DNA from: Thermosipho sp. (in: thermotogales)
GTDB taxonomy: Bacteria > Thermotogota > Thermotogae > Thermotogales > Fervidobacteriaceae
Assembly: GCA_017656345.1 (NCBI GenBank)
Contig: JACDNZ010000012.1
Span: 2,223 to 66,222 of the forward strand
DNA length: 64,000 bases
Direction: 5' to 3'
Under the pieces are notes generated by a model that was not told the origin of the DNA, searched no databases, and saw nothing but the letters and a program-made list of their open reading frames with translations. The position numbers were made by a program, and so were the translations under genes. Positions 1 through 9,524 of the stretch are shown here, one piece after another (position 1 is the stretch's first letter; each line of letters begins with the position of its first letter).

Positions 1-433
1 TAATGATATATGGAGTAAAGAATGGTTTACCATCTTTATAAATATTTGCTGATAAGAATGGAAATTTAGCAATTCCCATTTGATATTCAAGAACTGCTCT
101 TTCTTTATCAAATTCGTGATTTCCAACAGCTATAGCGTCAAGTTTCATTCGGTTCAAAGCAAATATATCTGGCAAAGCGTTCAGAAGGTCTGATTCAGGA
201 ACACCTGTGTTTATATCTCCTGCATGGAGGAATAATACATTAGGATTAATTGCCTTTTCTTCATTAATTATTGAAGCAATGACTGCAAATCCCCCAATAT
301 CCGGATTGTGGTATTCACTGAATGGCCAGGCATGTCCGTGAGTATCATTAATGTGGAAAATGGTAACTTTTGTTGCAAACAAACTAATAGCAATAATTAC
401 AAAAATTAATACAAACAGTTTCAATTTACCCAT
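1..433 (-). CDS. UshA/5'-nucleotidase-type metallophosphoesterase, N-terminal fragment (gene continues past the left edge)
   Basis: Not in the ORF track because it is truncated. My reverse-strand translation from ATG 431-433 gives MGKLKLFVLIFVIIAISLFATKVTIFHINDTHGHAWPF...LFLHAGDINTG...AVGNHEFD. That is an anchor/signal helix plus calcineurin-like phosphoesterase motifs. GGAGG sits 7 nt upstream of the ATG. Confidence 0.75.
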   Translation of the reverse strand, partial: MGKLKLFVLIFVIIAISLFATKVTIFHINDTHGHAWPFSEYHNPDIGGFAVIASIINEEKAINPNVLFLHAGDINTGVPESDLLNALPDIFALNRMKLDAIAVGNHEFDKERAVLEYQMGIAKFPFLSANIYKDGKPFFTPYII

Positions 434-455
434 AAATACACCTCCTTTTAAAAAT

Positions 456-2186
456 TCATAATTCTTCCTCAATTAATTGTTTCCTGTACATGTTATAATA
501 TAATCCTTCATTTTTAAGTAATTCCTCATGCGTACCTTTTTCTATAATTTCCCCATTATCAAATACATAAATAACATCAGCATTCTGCAATACTTTTAAC
601 CTATGAGTTATTATCACCATTGTTTTATTTATCATACTTTCTCTCAAACTTCTGATAATCTGCTCTTCAGTTTCAGGATCTACTGCTGAAAGACAATCAT
701 CAAAAATGTAAACATCAGCATTTCTCATTAAGGCCCTTGCAATCGTGACTCGCTGTTTTTGCCCACCTGAAAGTGTTACACCTCTTTCACCTACAATTGT
801 ATCATAGCCCTTTGGAAATTTTTCAATATCACTATGAACTGCTGACATCATTGCATATTCTTTTATTTGCCATTCATCAAAATTTTCCATTGCAAATGCT
901 ATATTATTTTTCACAGAAGTTGAAAACAAAAATGTTTCTTGTGGAACATATGAAATCTTTGTCCTAACTACTTCAGATGGAATATCATTTATATCAATAT
1001 CATTAATAAAAACACGACCTTTCTCTACTGGATAAAGTTTGCTTATAATTTTCACAATAGTCGATTTACCACTACCAACTGTTCCAACTATACCAACAAG
1101 TTGCCCTTCATTAATTGTCATACTAACATTCTTTAAGACATATCTTTCTTCACCAGGGTAAGAATAATTCAAATTTTTTATTGTAATACTTTTTATTCTT
1201 TCAATTTTCACCGGATTTTCAGGTTCCTTAACCTGGGGAACCGTCTTAAGAATCTTTTGAATTCTCGTATATGAAGCTCGGCCATTTTGAATAATATTAA
1301 TTACCCATCCAAAAGCTGTTAAAGGCCACACAATCATACCAATATAATTATTGAAAGCAAAAAATTCACCTAATGTTATTTTTGAATTTATAACCATCGG
1401 TCCGCCATATACTATTGTAAGAAAATACGCTAGTGAACTTACAAAATGAATTAATGGCCACATAATCCCCCAAATTTTTATAAGAGAAATTGTCGCTTTG
1501 AAATTTTTAAACGACCTTTCAGAAAATATTTCCTGAAATCTTGGAAGAATTGAAAATGTTTTTACAACTCTGACTCCATCAATTGATTCTTCAATAAAAC
1601 CACTCATATCTGAAAATGTATCTTGTAATTTTTTTGATCTTTTATATATAAATTTTCCAAAAGTAAGAGATATAAAGGCAATAATCGGGAGAGGAATAAT
1701 TGCAATCAATGTTAAATGCCACCCAACACTTGTTGCCATGAAAAACAAGGTAATAGACGACATGAAAATTGCATCAACCATCATAACTATTCCAATTCCC
1801 AACATACGTTCTAAATTATTCATATCATTTGTAAAATGTGCCATTAAATCTCCACTTCTATGTTTATCAAAAAATGACATATCAAGTGACAATAATTTAT
1901 CATACAAAATTTTTCTTGCTTCATATGTAAACTTTCTTGCACTACCAATTATAAAAAAACGCCAAAAAAACCTCGTTACAAACATACCAGCGGCAATTCC
2001 AATAATTCCTAGGGCCATAAGTTTTGCAACTGAAACATCGGGGACTTCAACATTCAAACTATCAATGGCTCTCGAAATAAATTTAGGAACAAATAATTGC
2101 AAAGTATCAACTATTATTAAAGTTAGAATCCCCGCAATATAAAATGGCCATCGTTTTTTCAGAAATTCTTTGATCAAAAATTTCAC
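456..2186 (-). CDS. ABC exporter, fused permease/ATPase half-transporter (MsbA/multidrug type)
   Basis: 576 aa with a TMD followed by an NBD. Walker A GTVGSGKST, Q-loop VPQETFLF, signature LSGGQKQR, Walker B VYIFDD (Asp at the usual catalytic Glu position), H-loop ITHRL. The GTG start overlaps the upstream stop (GTGA). Confidence 0.9.
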   Translation of the reverse strand: MKFLIKEFLKKRWPFYIAGILTLIIVDTLQLFVPKFISRAIDSLNVEVPDVSVAKLMALGIIGIAAGMFVTRFFWRFFIIGSARKFTYEARKILYDKLLSLDMSFFDKHRSGDLMAHFTNDMNNLERMLGIGIVMMVDAIFMSSITLFFMATSVGWHLTLIAIIPLPIIAFISLTFGKFIYKRSKKLQDTFSDMSGFIEESIDGVRVVKTFSILPRFQEIFSERSFKNFKATISLIKIWGIMWPLIHFVSSLAYFLTIVYGGPMVINSKITLGEFFAFNNYIGMIVWPLTAFGWVINIIQNGRASYTRIQKILKTVPQVKEPENPVKIERIKSITIKNLNYSYPGEERYVLKNVSMTINEGQLVGIVGTVGSGKSTIVKIISKLYPVEKGRVFINDIDINDIPSEVVRTKISYVPQETFLFSTSVKNNIAFAMENFDEWQIKEYAMMSAVHSDIEKFPKGYDTIVGERGVTLSGGQKQRVTIARALMRNADVYIFDDCLSAVDPETEEQIIRSLRESMINKTMVIITHRLKVLQNADVIYVFDNGEIIEKGTHEELLKNEGLYYNMYRKQLIEEEL

Positions 2187-4492
2187 CTCTCTATTTTCAT
2201 TATTCCCATGAATATATCAATTCCACCATAATTAACATCAAATTCGCCATTTGTTGAAGAGCTATTACCAACAAATACTATCTCATTATTATCCATTATT
2301 GCCTTTACAATTTCATCATAGCCGTATCCACCAGAAACTCTTGACCATTCCAGATGATTCTTTGTCAGTTTTGAAATAAAAAAGTCATAATAGCCTTTCT
2401 TTGAATAATAATTTGTATAGAAATCGCCAGAGGTTGAGTTTGTATATCCAAATAACAAGAAATAATCTTCATCAACCTTTAAAATATCATTTGCAACATC
2501 ATTGCCATTTCCTGAAAATACATAATCACGCAATTTGTTCCCGTTTTCATCCAAAACAATCATCCAAATATTTGAATCTTCAACAATTTCTCCATCTTTT
2601 TCCTTATAAGTCTTCCCAAGAACATACAAAAGACCATCAATCACTTTAAAATTGATTATGACATCAGAATCTTTAGTACCAAAAACCCTTAACCACTTAA
2701 ACTTACCATCTTCATCAACCGAAAAAATCCACATATCTTTCGACCCGTAATTTCTCGGAACATCAATATCTGATGAAGTAGTGTTTGAGGCAATAATATA
2801 GTTATTTCCAAACTTTATTAATTTCACACCCTCATCATATTGTGTTCCACCATATTTTTGGATCCATTTTATATTACCGTTAAAATCAACTTTCATCAAA
2901 AAAATATCACACCAACCATATAATTTTCCAATAAAATCATCTGACCAACTATAACCTAAAATAACTATTCCATCACTCTCAACAATCATGTCAGAAGCAA
3001 CATCTTTAAAGATTCCACCATAATTCCTTGTCCATTGAATTTCCCAATTGTTAACAGCGGTAAGAAAAATATTTCCATTTTCCCTCTCAGAATTTCCTAA
3101 AACATATATTATTCCATCTTTCTCCAATACTTTTACTCCTTCACCTTTCTCACTAATCTCCAATATCTGTCTCCTATCACCTAAAATTTTTAAAAGTATC
3201 GGACCATTTCCACCCTGAGTGCCTAAAATAACATAGCCGTTCCCATACTTTATAAAGTCATTAACAACCTCATTTGCACCAGTTCCATAAATATTTTTTA
3301 TTACTATTAATGGCCCTGTTGAAAAACTATAGATTGGAGATTCAACTTTATAAAAAGGATCAAATACATCTATCTTCCAATAATATTCTGTATTTGGTTT
3401 TAAATTTCTTACTTCATACATTAAACCCTTATAATTACTTACCACCATCTTTAAATCATTGGGATTTTCACCTATATACAAATTTATAAAAGAATCGTCT
3501 TCTTTATCTTTTAATTCCCATCTAAAATTTATTTTATTCGTTACAGCTTTTAAATTATCTGGCGGGAATAATATTCTGTATTCAGGAGGTGTATTTTCCA
3601 AATATAACTCTTTATATTCACTATATGCAACTTGACCATACTGATCTTCTATTTTCAATCTTAACTTATATTTAACCCCCGGTTTGATTTTTAAAGTATA
3701 ATACGTATTTTCAACTTCAAAAGTTGAAAATTTTTCATTTTCAAAAAGTTCAATATAATACTTTACATTTTCATATTTATCCCAATAAATTTTTACCTGA
3801 CCATCATATTTTTCTATATTAATTACAGGTTGTTTCAATTGCATTCCAACATACTCAAAAGAATAAACATCACTCTCTGATACAGCTCCATATAAATCTT
3901 TTGCCACTATTTTCCAATAATACAACCCAGGCTCTAAATTAGAAATCGTTAAACTGCTCTCCAAAAGATCTTGCTTGAAAAGCTCTGGTATAGGAAATTT
4001 TCCTAAATACAGATCAAATTTCAAAGGGTCACCATCAGGATCCTGCGAATTCCAGGAAAAAGTTATTTCTTTTTGAAATAATGTACTACCATTTTCAGGG
4101 AAGTCTAAACGAGGAACTTCAGGGGAGGAGTTAACAACAACAAATTTATATACAGGACTTTCAACAAATTTCGTGCCAAATTTTAAAATAACTTTCCAAA
4201 AATAAGTTCCCGGTTTTAAATCTTCTAAAGTGTAGGAATCATCCAAACCTTCATATACCAAATCTGTTGGTGTAGATTCCCCAATATATACCGATTTTAC
4301 AAACTGGATATCCTTATCATAAGTTATTACCCATGATAAAGAAACTTCTCTATTTTTCAAATACTCGCCATTTTCAGGAGAAATCAAGGTTATCTCAGGT
4401 GGGATTACTCTTGAATGATTTATTACCAAATAAATACCAATAACAGCCGCAATCAAAAAGGCAATGTAAATATAATATTTTACTTTTTGCAT
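2183..4492 (-). CDS. Membrane-anchored surface protein: four FN3/Ig-like modules plus a C-terminal beta-propeller-type repeat domain
   Basis: 769 aa. N-terminal hydrophobic anchor (YIYIAFLIAAVIGIYLVI). Four ~90-aa modules each carry a ...L(K/E)PGxY(F/Y)WK(V/I)...SP(V/I)Y(K/S)F pattern. About six ~55-60-aa repeats follow (GG..D.a.D.i...dg.i.lG.t.S....g..D.f..K.d..G...W), resembling SBBP/PQQ-like propeller blades. Confidence 0.8.
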   Translation of the reverse strand: MQKVKYYIYIAFLIAAVIGIYLVINHSRVIPPEITLISPENGEYLKNREVSLSWVITYDKDIQFVKSVYIGESTPTDLVYEGLDDSYTLEDLKPGTYFWKVILKFGTKFVESPVYKFVVVNSSPEVPRLDFPENGSTLFQKEITFSWNSQDPDGDPLKFDLYLGKFPIPELFKQDLLESSLTISNLEPGLYYWKIVAKDLYGAVSESDVYSFEYVGMQLKQPVINIEKYDGQVKIYWDKYENVKYYIELFENEKFSTFEVENTYYTLKIKPGVKYKLRLKIEDQYGQVAYSEYKELYLENTPPEYRILFPPDNLKAVTNKINFRWELKDKEDDSFINLYIGENPNDLKMVVSNYKGLMYEVRNLKPNTEYYWKIDVFDPFYKVESPIYSFSTGPLIVIKNIYGTGANEVVNDFIKYGNGYVILGTQGGNGPILLKILGDRRQILEISEKGEGVKVLEKDGIIYVLGNSERENGNIFLTAVNNWEIQWTRNYGGIFKDVASDMIVESDGIVILGYSWSDDFIGKLYGWCDIFLMKVDFNGNIKWIQKYGGTQYDEGVKLIKFGNNYIIASNTTSSDIDVPRNYGSKDMWIFSVDEDGKFKWLRVFGTKDSDVIINFKVIDGLLYVLGKTYKEKDGEIVEDSNIWMIVLDENGNKLRDYVFSGNGNDVANDILKVDEDYFLLFGYTNSTSGDFYTNYYSKKGYYDFFISKLTKNHLEWSRVSGGYGYDEIVKAIMDNNEIVFVGNSSSTNGEFDVNYGGIDIFMGIMKIER

Positions 4493-4519
4493 AGGGATAC
4501 CCCCTTCAATTTAAAAAAA

Positions 4520-5131
4520 CTAAAAAATAAACCCCTTCCACCAGTAACTGAATATTATTGCAAATAGAGGACTTATCCACCAAACATGGTCAAATTTTTT
4601 TACTTTCCAAATCCTATAAAGTAATCCTAATATTAATGAAATAAACGCAAAATATGGTTTTCCAGCTAAAAGAAAAACAAAAAATGCGAGTCTTTCCGAT
4701 ATTCCCTCTAAATCTTCAAAATTTTCTTTCGCTGGATAAAAATTTCTAAAGAAATATGAAAGTGCAGTAGTCACTAATGCCATTCCAAGAAGATACAAAA
4801 CAAATTCCTTCGAAAGATATGAAGTTTTAAAATACCCGGAAACTAGATAATTAAAAGCTAAAGCAATAATTATTCCTGCAATTTCGATTAAATGGTAATG
4901 CCATTTTTTTACACTTTTAATTCTTAAGTAATCTAATACCAAATGAATACCAATAAAACTAAACAAAATAAAAGGAACTTCAAACAGTAAAGTATCGAAA
5001 GTAAATGCTAAAATTGCAAAAACTGACCAGATCATATGCTCCAAAATTTTCCATCCTTTTAAATGCCTTATTTTGCTGTTGTTTGTAAAACCATGATCTG
5101 CAACATAATGTCCAAGAAATAAGTGCAACAC
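4520..5131 (-). CDS. Polytopic membrane protein, function unknown
   Basis: 203 aa with about 6 hydrophobic helices. GTG start preceded by AAGGGGTGG. I do not recognise a family with confidence. Confidence 0.6.
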   Translation of the reverse strand: MLHLFLGHYVADHGFTNNSKIRHLKGWKILEHMIWSVFAILAFTFDTLLFEVPFILFSFIGIHLVLDYLRIKSVKKWHYHLIEIAGIIIALAFNYLVSGYFKTSYLSKEFVLYLLGMALVTTALSYFFRNFYPAKENFEDLEGISERLAFFVFLLAGKPYFAFISLILGLLYRIWKVKKFDHVWWISPLFAIIFSYWWKGFIF

Positions 5132-5151
5132 TTCGTTCCACCCCTTTTGAT

Positions 5152-5694
5152 TTAATTTTCAGGCTCATCATCACTCTCTTTACCTTTCTTTAACCTCTTC
5201 CTAAACTCATTAATGTCCAAATTCTCAACAAATTTTTTAAACTCATCGTCTTCAGATTCGAAATTTTCTCCTTCAAACTCTATTGTATGTGAATCCACAA
5301 TTTCATTTGATACATAAATTGGTGAATTAGTTTTTAAAGCAAGAATAATACAATCAGATGGTCTTGCATCAAATTCAATATACTGTTCTTCTTCATCAGG
5401 TGGAACTGTTAAATCCTTAAGAATAACTTTTGCGTAAAACGTATTGTTCTCTATTTTATTTATAATTACATTGTTAATTTTAGCTTCTAAACCCTCAATA
5501 ACATTCAGCATCAAATCATGGGTTAAAGGCCTTTCAAACTCATTTTCCTCAAGTATCATCGCAATAACACTGGCCTCACATGCACCAATCCAGATCGGCA
5601 ATATCTTCTTAGTTCCATCTATTTCAAGTAATACTACTGGAGCATTATTAAGCTTATCCAAAACAAGTGCTTTCACTCTAGCTTTTTTCACCAT
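5152..5694 (-). CDS. Bifunctional nuclease (BFN/DUF151) family protein
   Basis: 180 aa. The core LPIWIGACEASVIAMILEENEFERPLTHDLM matches the BFN-domain signature as I recall it. Acidic C-terminal tail. GGAGG SD. Confidence 0.7.
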   Translation of the reverse strand: MVKKARVKALVLDKLNNAPVVLLEIDGTKKILPIWIGACEASVIAMILEENEFERPLTHDLMLNVIEGLEAKINNVIINKIENNTFYAKVILKDLTVPPDEEEQYIEFDARPSDCIILALKTNSPIYVSNEIVDSHTIEFEGENFESEDDEFKKFVENLDINEFRKRLKKGKESDDEPEN

Positions 5695-6433
5695 AATGCC
5701 TCCTTTCGAGAAATTTGACTCCTTCTCTAATTACATTTTCTACAAATAATCTGAACTCTTCTTCACTCTTAAATTCCTTAGGATCAACAAAATCATGTAT
5801 TTTTAAATATACCGGATGTTTTTTAATCAAAAAAACTTTTTTATTAAGAACAATATGTAACCCCCACAAAGACACAGGTAAAACTTTTACTTTGTTTTTA
5901 AAAGCAAGCTCTAAACTTCTCGGTTTAAAAGCTTGAACTTCACCACTAACTGATCTCGTACCCTCTGGAAAAATGATAAAATGCGTTCCGGCTTTCATTT
6001 TTCTCACTACTTCTTTTAATGCCAATGCTGTCTGTCTAATGTTTCCCCTTTCAATCAATACACTATTTAAATATTTCATATACCAATTTATTCCTGGAAC
6101 TTTTCCTAATTCCTTCTTTGCTATAAAAGCAACTGGGGCAACATATCCAATAATTAAAGGTATATCAAGTGCACTCTGGTGATTTGAAACGATCATAAAA
6201 TTTTCATCTGTTTTTTTCAATTCACCAAACTTAAATACCTTAATGCCCAATAATTTAAATGCCATTCTTCCAAATGTTTCAATTTGCCCCACAACAAATT
6301 TTTTTGAAGCTTTTTTGCTAAACAATCTTATTATGCCACCAATTATTAATACAATACCTCCATATATAAATACATAAACAACTGCGCCAATAACAAAATA
6401 AATTGTAAGCAACACTTCTAAAAATTTTCTCAT
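5678..6433 (-). CDS. plsC: 1-acyl-sn-glycerol-3-phosphate acyltransferase
   Basis: 251 aa. N-terminal TM helix and acyltransferase motifs NHQSALD (HX4D) and FPEGTRS. Confidence 0.8.
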   Translation of the reverse strand: MRKFLEVLLTIYFVIGAVVYVFIYGGIVLIIGGIIRLFSKKASKKFVVGQIETFGRMAFKLLGIKVFKFGELKKTDENFMIVSNHQSALDIPLIIGYVAPVAFIAKKELGKVPGINWYMKYLNSVLIERGNIRQTALALKEVVRKMKAGTHFIIFPEGTRSVSGEVQAFKPRSLELAFKNKVKVLPVSLWGLHIVLNKKVFLIKKHPVYLKIHDFVDPKEFKSEEEFRLFVENVIREGVKFLERRHYGEKS

Positions 6434-6442
6434 ATCGTCCTC

Positions 6443-7600
6443 CTAAAAGACAAATTTCTCAATTTTCTCGTAAACCTTATCTTCCAAATTTTTTAGTTCA
6501 ATTAGCGAGGATTCGATATTCTTTATTTCATCAACAAATGAACTAGTTGCAGGATTTTTAGGAGCAAATGCTACACAACTATCAATATATGGCAAGATTG
6601 ATATTTCAAAAGTTCCTATTTCCTTTGCCTTGTCCACAATTTCCGTTTTCTCAAAACCTATCAGAGGCCTTAAAATTGGTATATTAGAAGCATCTTCTAT
6701 GCTATGTAAATTAGTAAGTGTTTGACTTGCAACCTGACCCACATTTTCACCCGTAATTAAAGCTTTTGCTTTAATTTTTTCAGCAAGTTTGTTCGCTATT
6801 CTCATCATACTTCTTCTTTGAATAATTAACGAATATCTATCTGGAACATTTTGTTTTATATATTGTTGTACCTCTGTAAAAGGAACTATCCACGTTCGAA
6901 AAGCGTCAGGTGAGTATTTTGCCAGAATCTTTGCAAGATCCAATATTTTTTTTACAGATTTCTCAGTAGTAAATGGAGGACTTAAAAAACTGATTGTTTC
7001 AATATTAACTCCTCGTTTCATTAAATACCATCCAGCAACAGGACTATCTATCCCACCACTTAAAAGCAACAAAGCCTTCCCAGAAACTCCTACGGGGAAT
7101 CCTCCATATAACTTTTTCTTGCCTACAAATACAAATGCTTCTTTCTCTTTTATTTCAATTCCAACAATTATTTCTGGATTATGCACATCAACTTTTAATT
7201 GTGGATATTGCTCTAATAAATAACCACCAATATACGCACTTAACTCTTGAGATTTCATTGGAAATTGTTTATAAGATCTTTTTGTTTCAACTTTAAAAGT
7301 TCTTTGATTATTCAAATACTTCCCCATTAAATCTTTTGCTGCGTTTTTAATCTCATCAATATCATGCGAAATAGCATAAGCAAAACTATAATTTTGAATT
7401 CCAAAAACATATTTAAGTCTATTTTCAAATTCAGAAAAATCTTCATCCTTTAATTTTATAATTATCCTACCATACCTTTTGTAAATTTCAGGTGGTTTTG
7501 CTATTTTCCTTATATTTTTAATCAACTTTCCTTCAAAATAACCTCTATTTTTACCTTTTAAACCTATTTCCGCATATCTTACTATCACTACTCTTTCCAA
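6443..7600 (-). CDS. thiI: tRNA 4-thiouridine synthase ThiI (no rhodanese domain)
   Basis: 385 aa. THUMP-type N-terminal half and PP-loop SGGIDSPVA. TTG start with GGAGG SD. Confidence 0.85.
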   Translation of the reverse strand: MERVVIVRYAEIGLKGKNRGYFEGKLIKNIRKIAKPPEIYKRYGRIIIKLKDEDFSEFENRLKYVFGIQNYSFAYAISHDIDEIKNAAKDLMGKYLNNQRTFKVETKRSYKQFPMKSQELSAYIGGYLLEQYPQLKVDVHNPEIIVGIEIKEKEAFVFVGKKKLYGGFPVGVSGKALLLLSGGIDSPVAGWYLMKRGVNIETISFLSPPFTTEKSVKKILDLAKILAKYSPDAFRTWIVPFTEVQQYIKQNVPDRYSLIIQRRSMMRIANKLAEKIKAKALITGENVGQVASQTLTNLHSIEDASNIPILRPLIGFEKTEIVDKAKEIGTFEISILPYIDSCVAFAPKNPATSSFVDEIKNIESSLIELKNLEDKVYEKIEKFVF

Positions 7601-7646
7601 ATAAACCCGCCTCCTTTTCTCTTATATTCTACCACATTTTTAATAT

Positions 7647-7671
7647 AAAAAAAGGCAGCTTGAAAGCTGCC
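7647..7671 (-). terminator. Intrinsic terminator after the heterodimeric ABC exporter genes
   Basis: GGCAGCT-tgaa-AGCTGCC stem-loop (7654-7671). On the minus-strand transcript it is followed by a run of 7 U (A-run 7647-7653). Confidence 0.75.
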
Positions 7672-7673
7672 TT

Positions 7674-9524
7674 TTAAACGTATGCTCCAAGAAATTGACT
7701 CCGATATAATTCCGCATAAAAACCATTTTTCTCCATAAGTTCCTTATGTGTTCCTTTCTCAATAATCCGGCCCTCATTCATCACAAGAATCATATCGGCA
7801 TCAATTATTGTAGAAAGCCTATGCGCAATTACAAAATTAGTCCTACTATGCATCAAATTTCTCATAGCTTTTTGTATATATTTTTCTGTTAATGTATCAA
7901 CATTACTTGTAGCTTCATCAAGAATCAAAATGTCTGGGTCTACTATGAAGGCTCTTGCAATCGTAATTAATTGTTTCTCGCCTTGTGAAATGTTCGAAGC
8001 CTCCTCATTTATTACTGCATCATAACCTCCGGGAAGTGCCATGATAAAGTGATGCGCGTGAGCCTTCTTAGCCGCTGCAATAATCTCATCTTCTGTTGCA
8101 TCTTCTTTCCCGTATGCTATATTTTCTCTCACCGTACCATTAAAAAGCCAAGTGTCTTGCAAAACCATACCAAAAGTTCTTCTCAAATTGTCTCTTTTAA
8201 TTTTTCTAATATCTATTCCATCAATTGTTATCTTCCCACCCTGGATTTCATAAAACCTCATTAAAAGATTTACCAATGTAGTTTTTCCAGCACCTGTAGG
8301 CCCAACAATTGCCACTGTTTGCCCGCTTTTTACTTCAATAGTTAAATCTTCTATGAGTTTTTTGTCAGGCCTATAACTAAAATAAACTCGTTCAAATTTT
8401 ACATTACCATCAACATTGGAGAGTTCAATTGCATCAACTGGGTCAGGAAGTTCTTCTTCTTCGTCAAGAATTTCAAACACTCTTTCAGCAGCTGCAACCG
8501 TTGATTGAATCATATTCATTATATTAGCAATTTGCGAAATCGGTTGTGTGAATTGGTTTGAATACTGAATAAAAGCTTGAACATCACCTAATTCAATAGC
8601 CTTTTTTGTGACCATTATTCCGCCTGCTACTGCAACTATGACGTATCCCAAGTTACTTACAAATCTCATCAAGGGCATAGTACTACCAGATATAAATTGA
8701 GCTTTCCAAGCAGCATTGTACAATTCGTTATTATACTCTTCAAACTCCTTTATACTTTTTTCTTCTCTATTAAAAGCTTTTACAACTACAAGTCCTCCAA
8801 ACATTTCTTCAACATGCCCATTAACAGTCCCTAACGATTTTTGTTGAAGCTTAAAATATTTTTGTGACTTTTTCACAATTAAGGTAATTATAAATATACT
8901 CAATGGTAATATTGATATCGTAACAACAGTTAATAATGGACTAATCGTTAACATCATAATAGTAACACCAACAATTGAAATAATCGATGTTATAAACTGT
9001 GTCAAACTCTGATTTAAGGTATTACTTATTAAGTCTACATCGTTAGTTACTCTACTTAATATTTCTCCATGAGTTTTTGAATCATAAAATTTTAAGGGGA
9101 GTCTTGTAAGTTTTTCCATAACATCTGTCCTTAATTTTTTAACAACTTTTTGAGAAATACCAGCCATAATGTACTGTTGGATATACATAAAAAGTGCATA
9201 AAAACCATACAAAACCCCAACTTTTATGAGAATATTCATTATTCCACTTAAATCTACTTTTGCATTTGGGAAAAACTTTTTTGCCAGATAACCTTGAAAA
9301 ATTTTGGTAGTAGCCTTTCCCAAAACTTTTGGAGCAATTATGCTAAAAATTGTACCGGTTATTGCCAACGAAAATACTAATATCAATGGAATAGTATACG
9401 GTTTTAGATATTTCATTAATCTCATAAATGATTTTCTGAAATTTTTTGGCTTTTCAACTACACCACGGAATGGTCCACTAGGACCCATTTGTTTTTTGGG
9501 GGAAATTTTTTCTCTGTCATTCAT
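7674..9524 (-). CDS. Heterodimeric ABC exporter subunit, TM288-like (consensus ATPase site, deviant signature)
   Basis: 616 aa. Walker A GPTGAGKTT, Walker B ILILDEATS with canonical Glu, H-loop IAHRL. The signature is ISQGEKQ instead of LSGGQ. Confidence 0.9.
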   Translation of the reverse strand: MNDREKISPKKQMGPSGPFRGVVEKPKNFRKSFMRLMKYLKPYTIPLILVFSLAITGTIFSIIAPKVLGKATTKIFQGYLAKKFFPNAKVDLSGIMNILIKVGVLYGFYALFMYIQQYIMAGISQKVVKKLRTDVMEKLTRLPLKFYDSKTHGEILSRVTNDVDLISNTLNQSLTQFITSIISIVGVTIMMLTISPLLTVVTISILPLSIFIITLIVKKSQKYFKLQQKSLGTVNGHVEEMFGGLVVVKAFNREEKSIKEFEEYNNELYNAAWKAQFISGSTMPLMRFVSNLGYVIVAVAGGIMVTKKAIELGDVQAFIQYSNQFTQPISQIANIMNMIQSTVAAAERVFEILDEEEELPDPVDAIELSNVDGNVKFERVYFSYRPDKKLIEDLTIEVKSGQTVAIVGPTGAGKTTLVNLLMRFYEIQGGKITIDGIDIRKIKRDNLRRTFGMVLQDTWLFNGTVRENIAYGKEDATEDEIIAAAKKAHAHHFIMALPGGYDAVINEEASNISQGEKQLITIARAFIVDPDILILDEATSNVDTLTEKYIQKAMRNLMHSRTNFVIAHRLSTIIDADMILVMNEGRIIEKGTHKELMEKNGFYAELYRSQFLGAYV

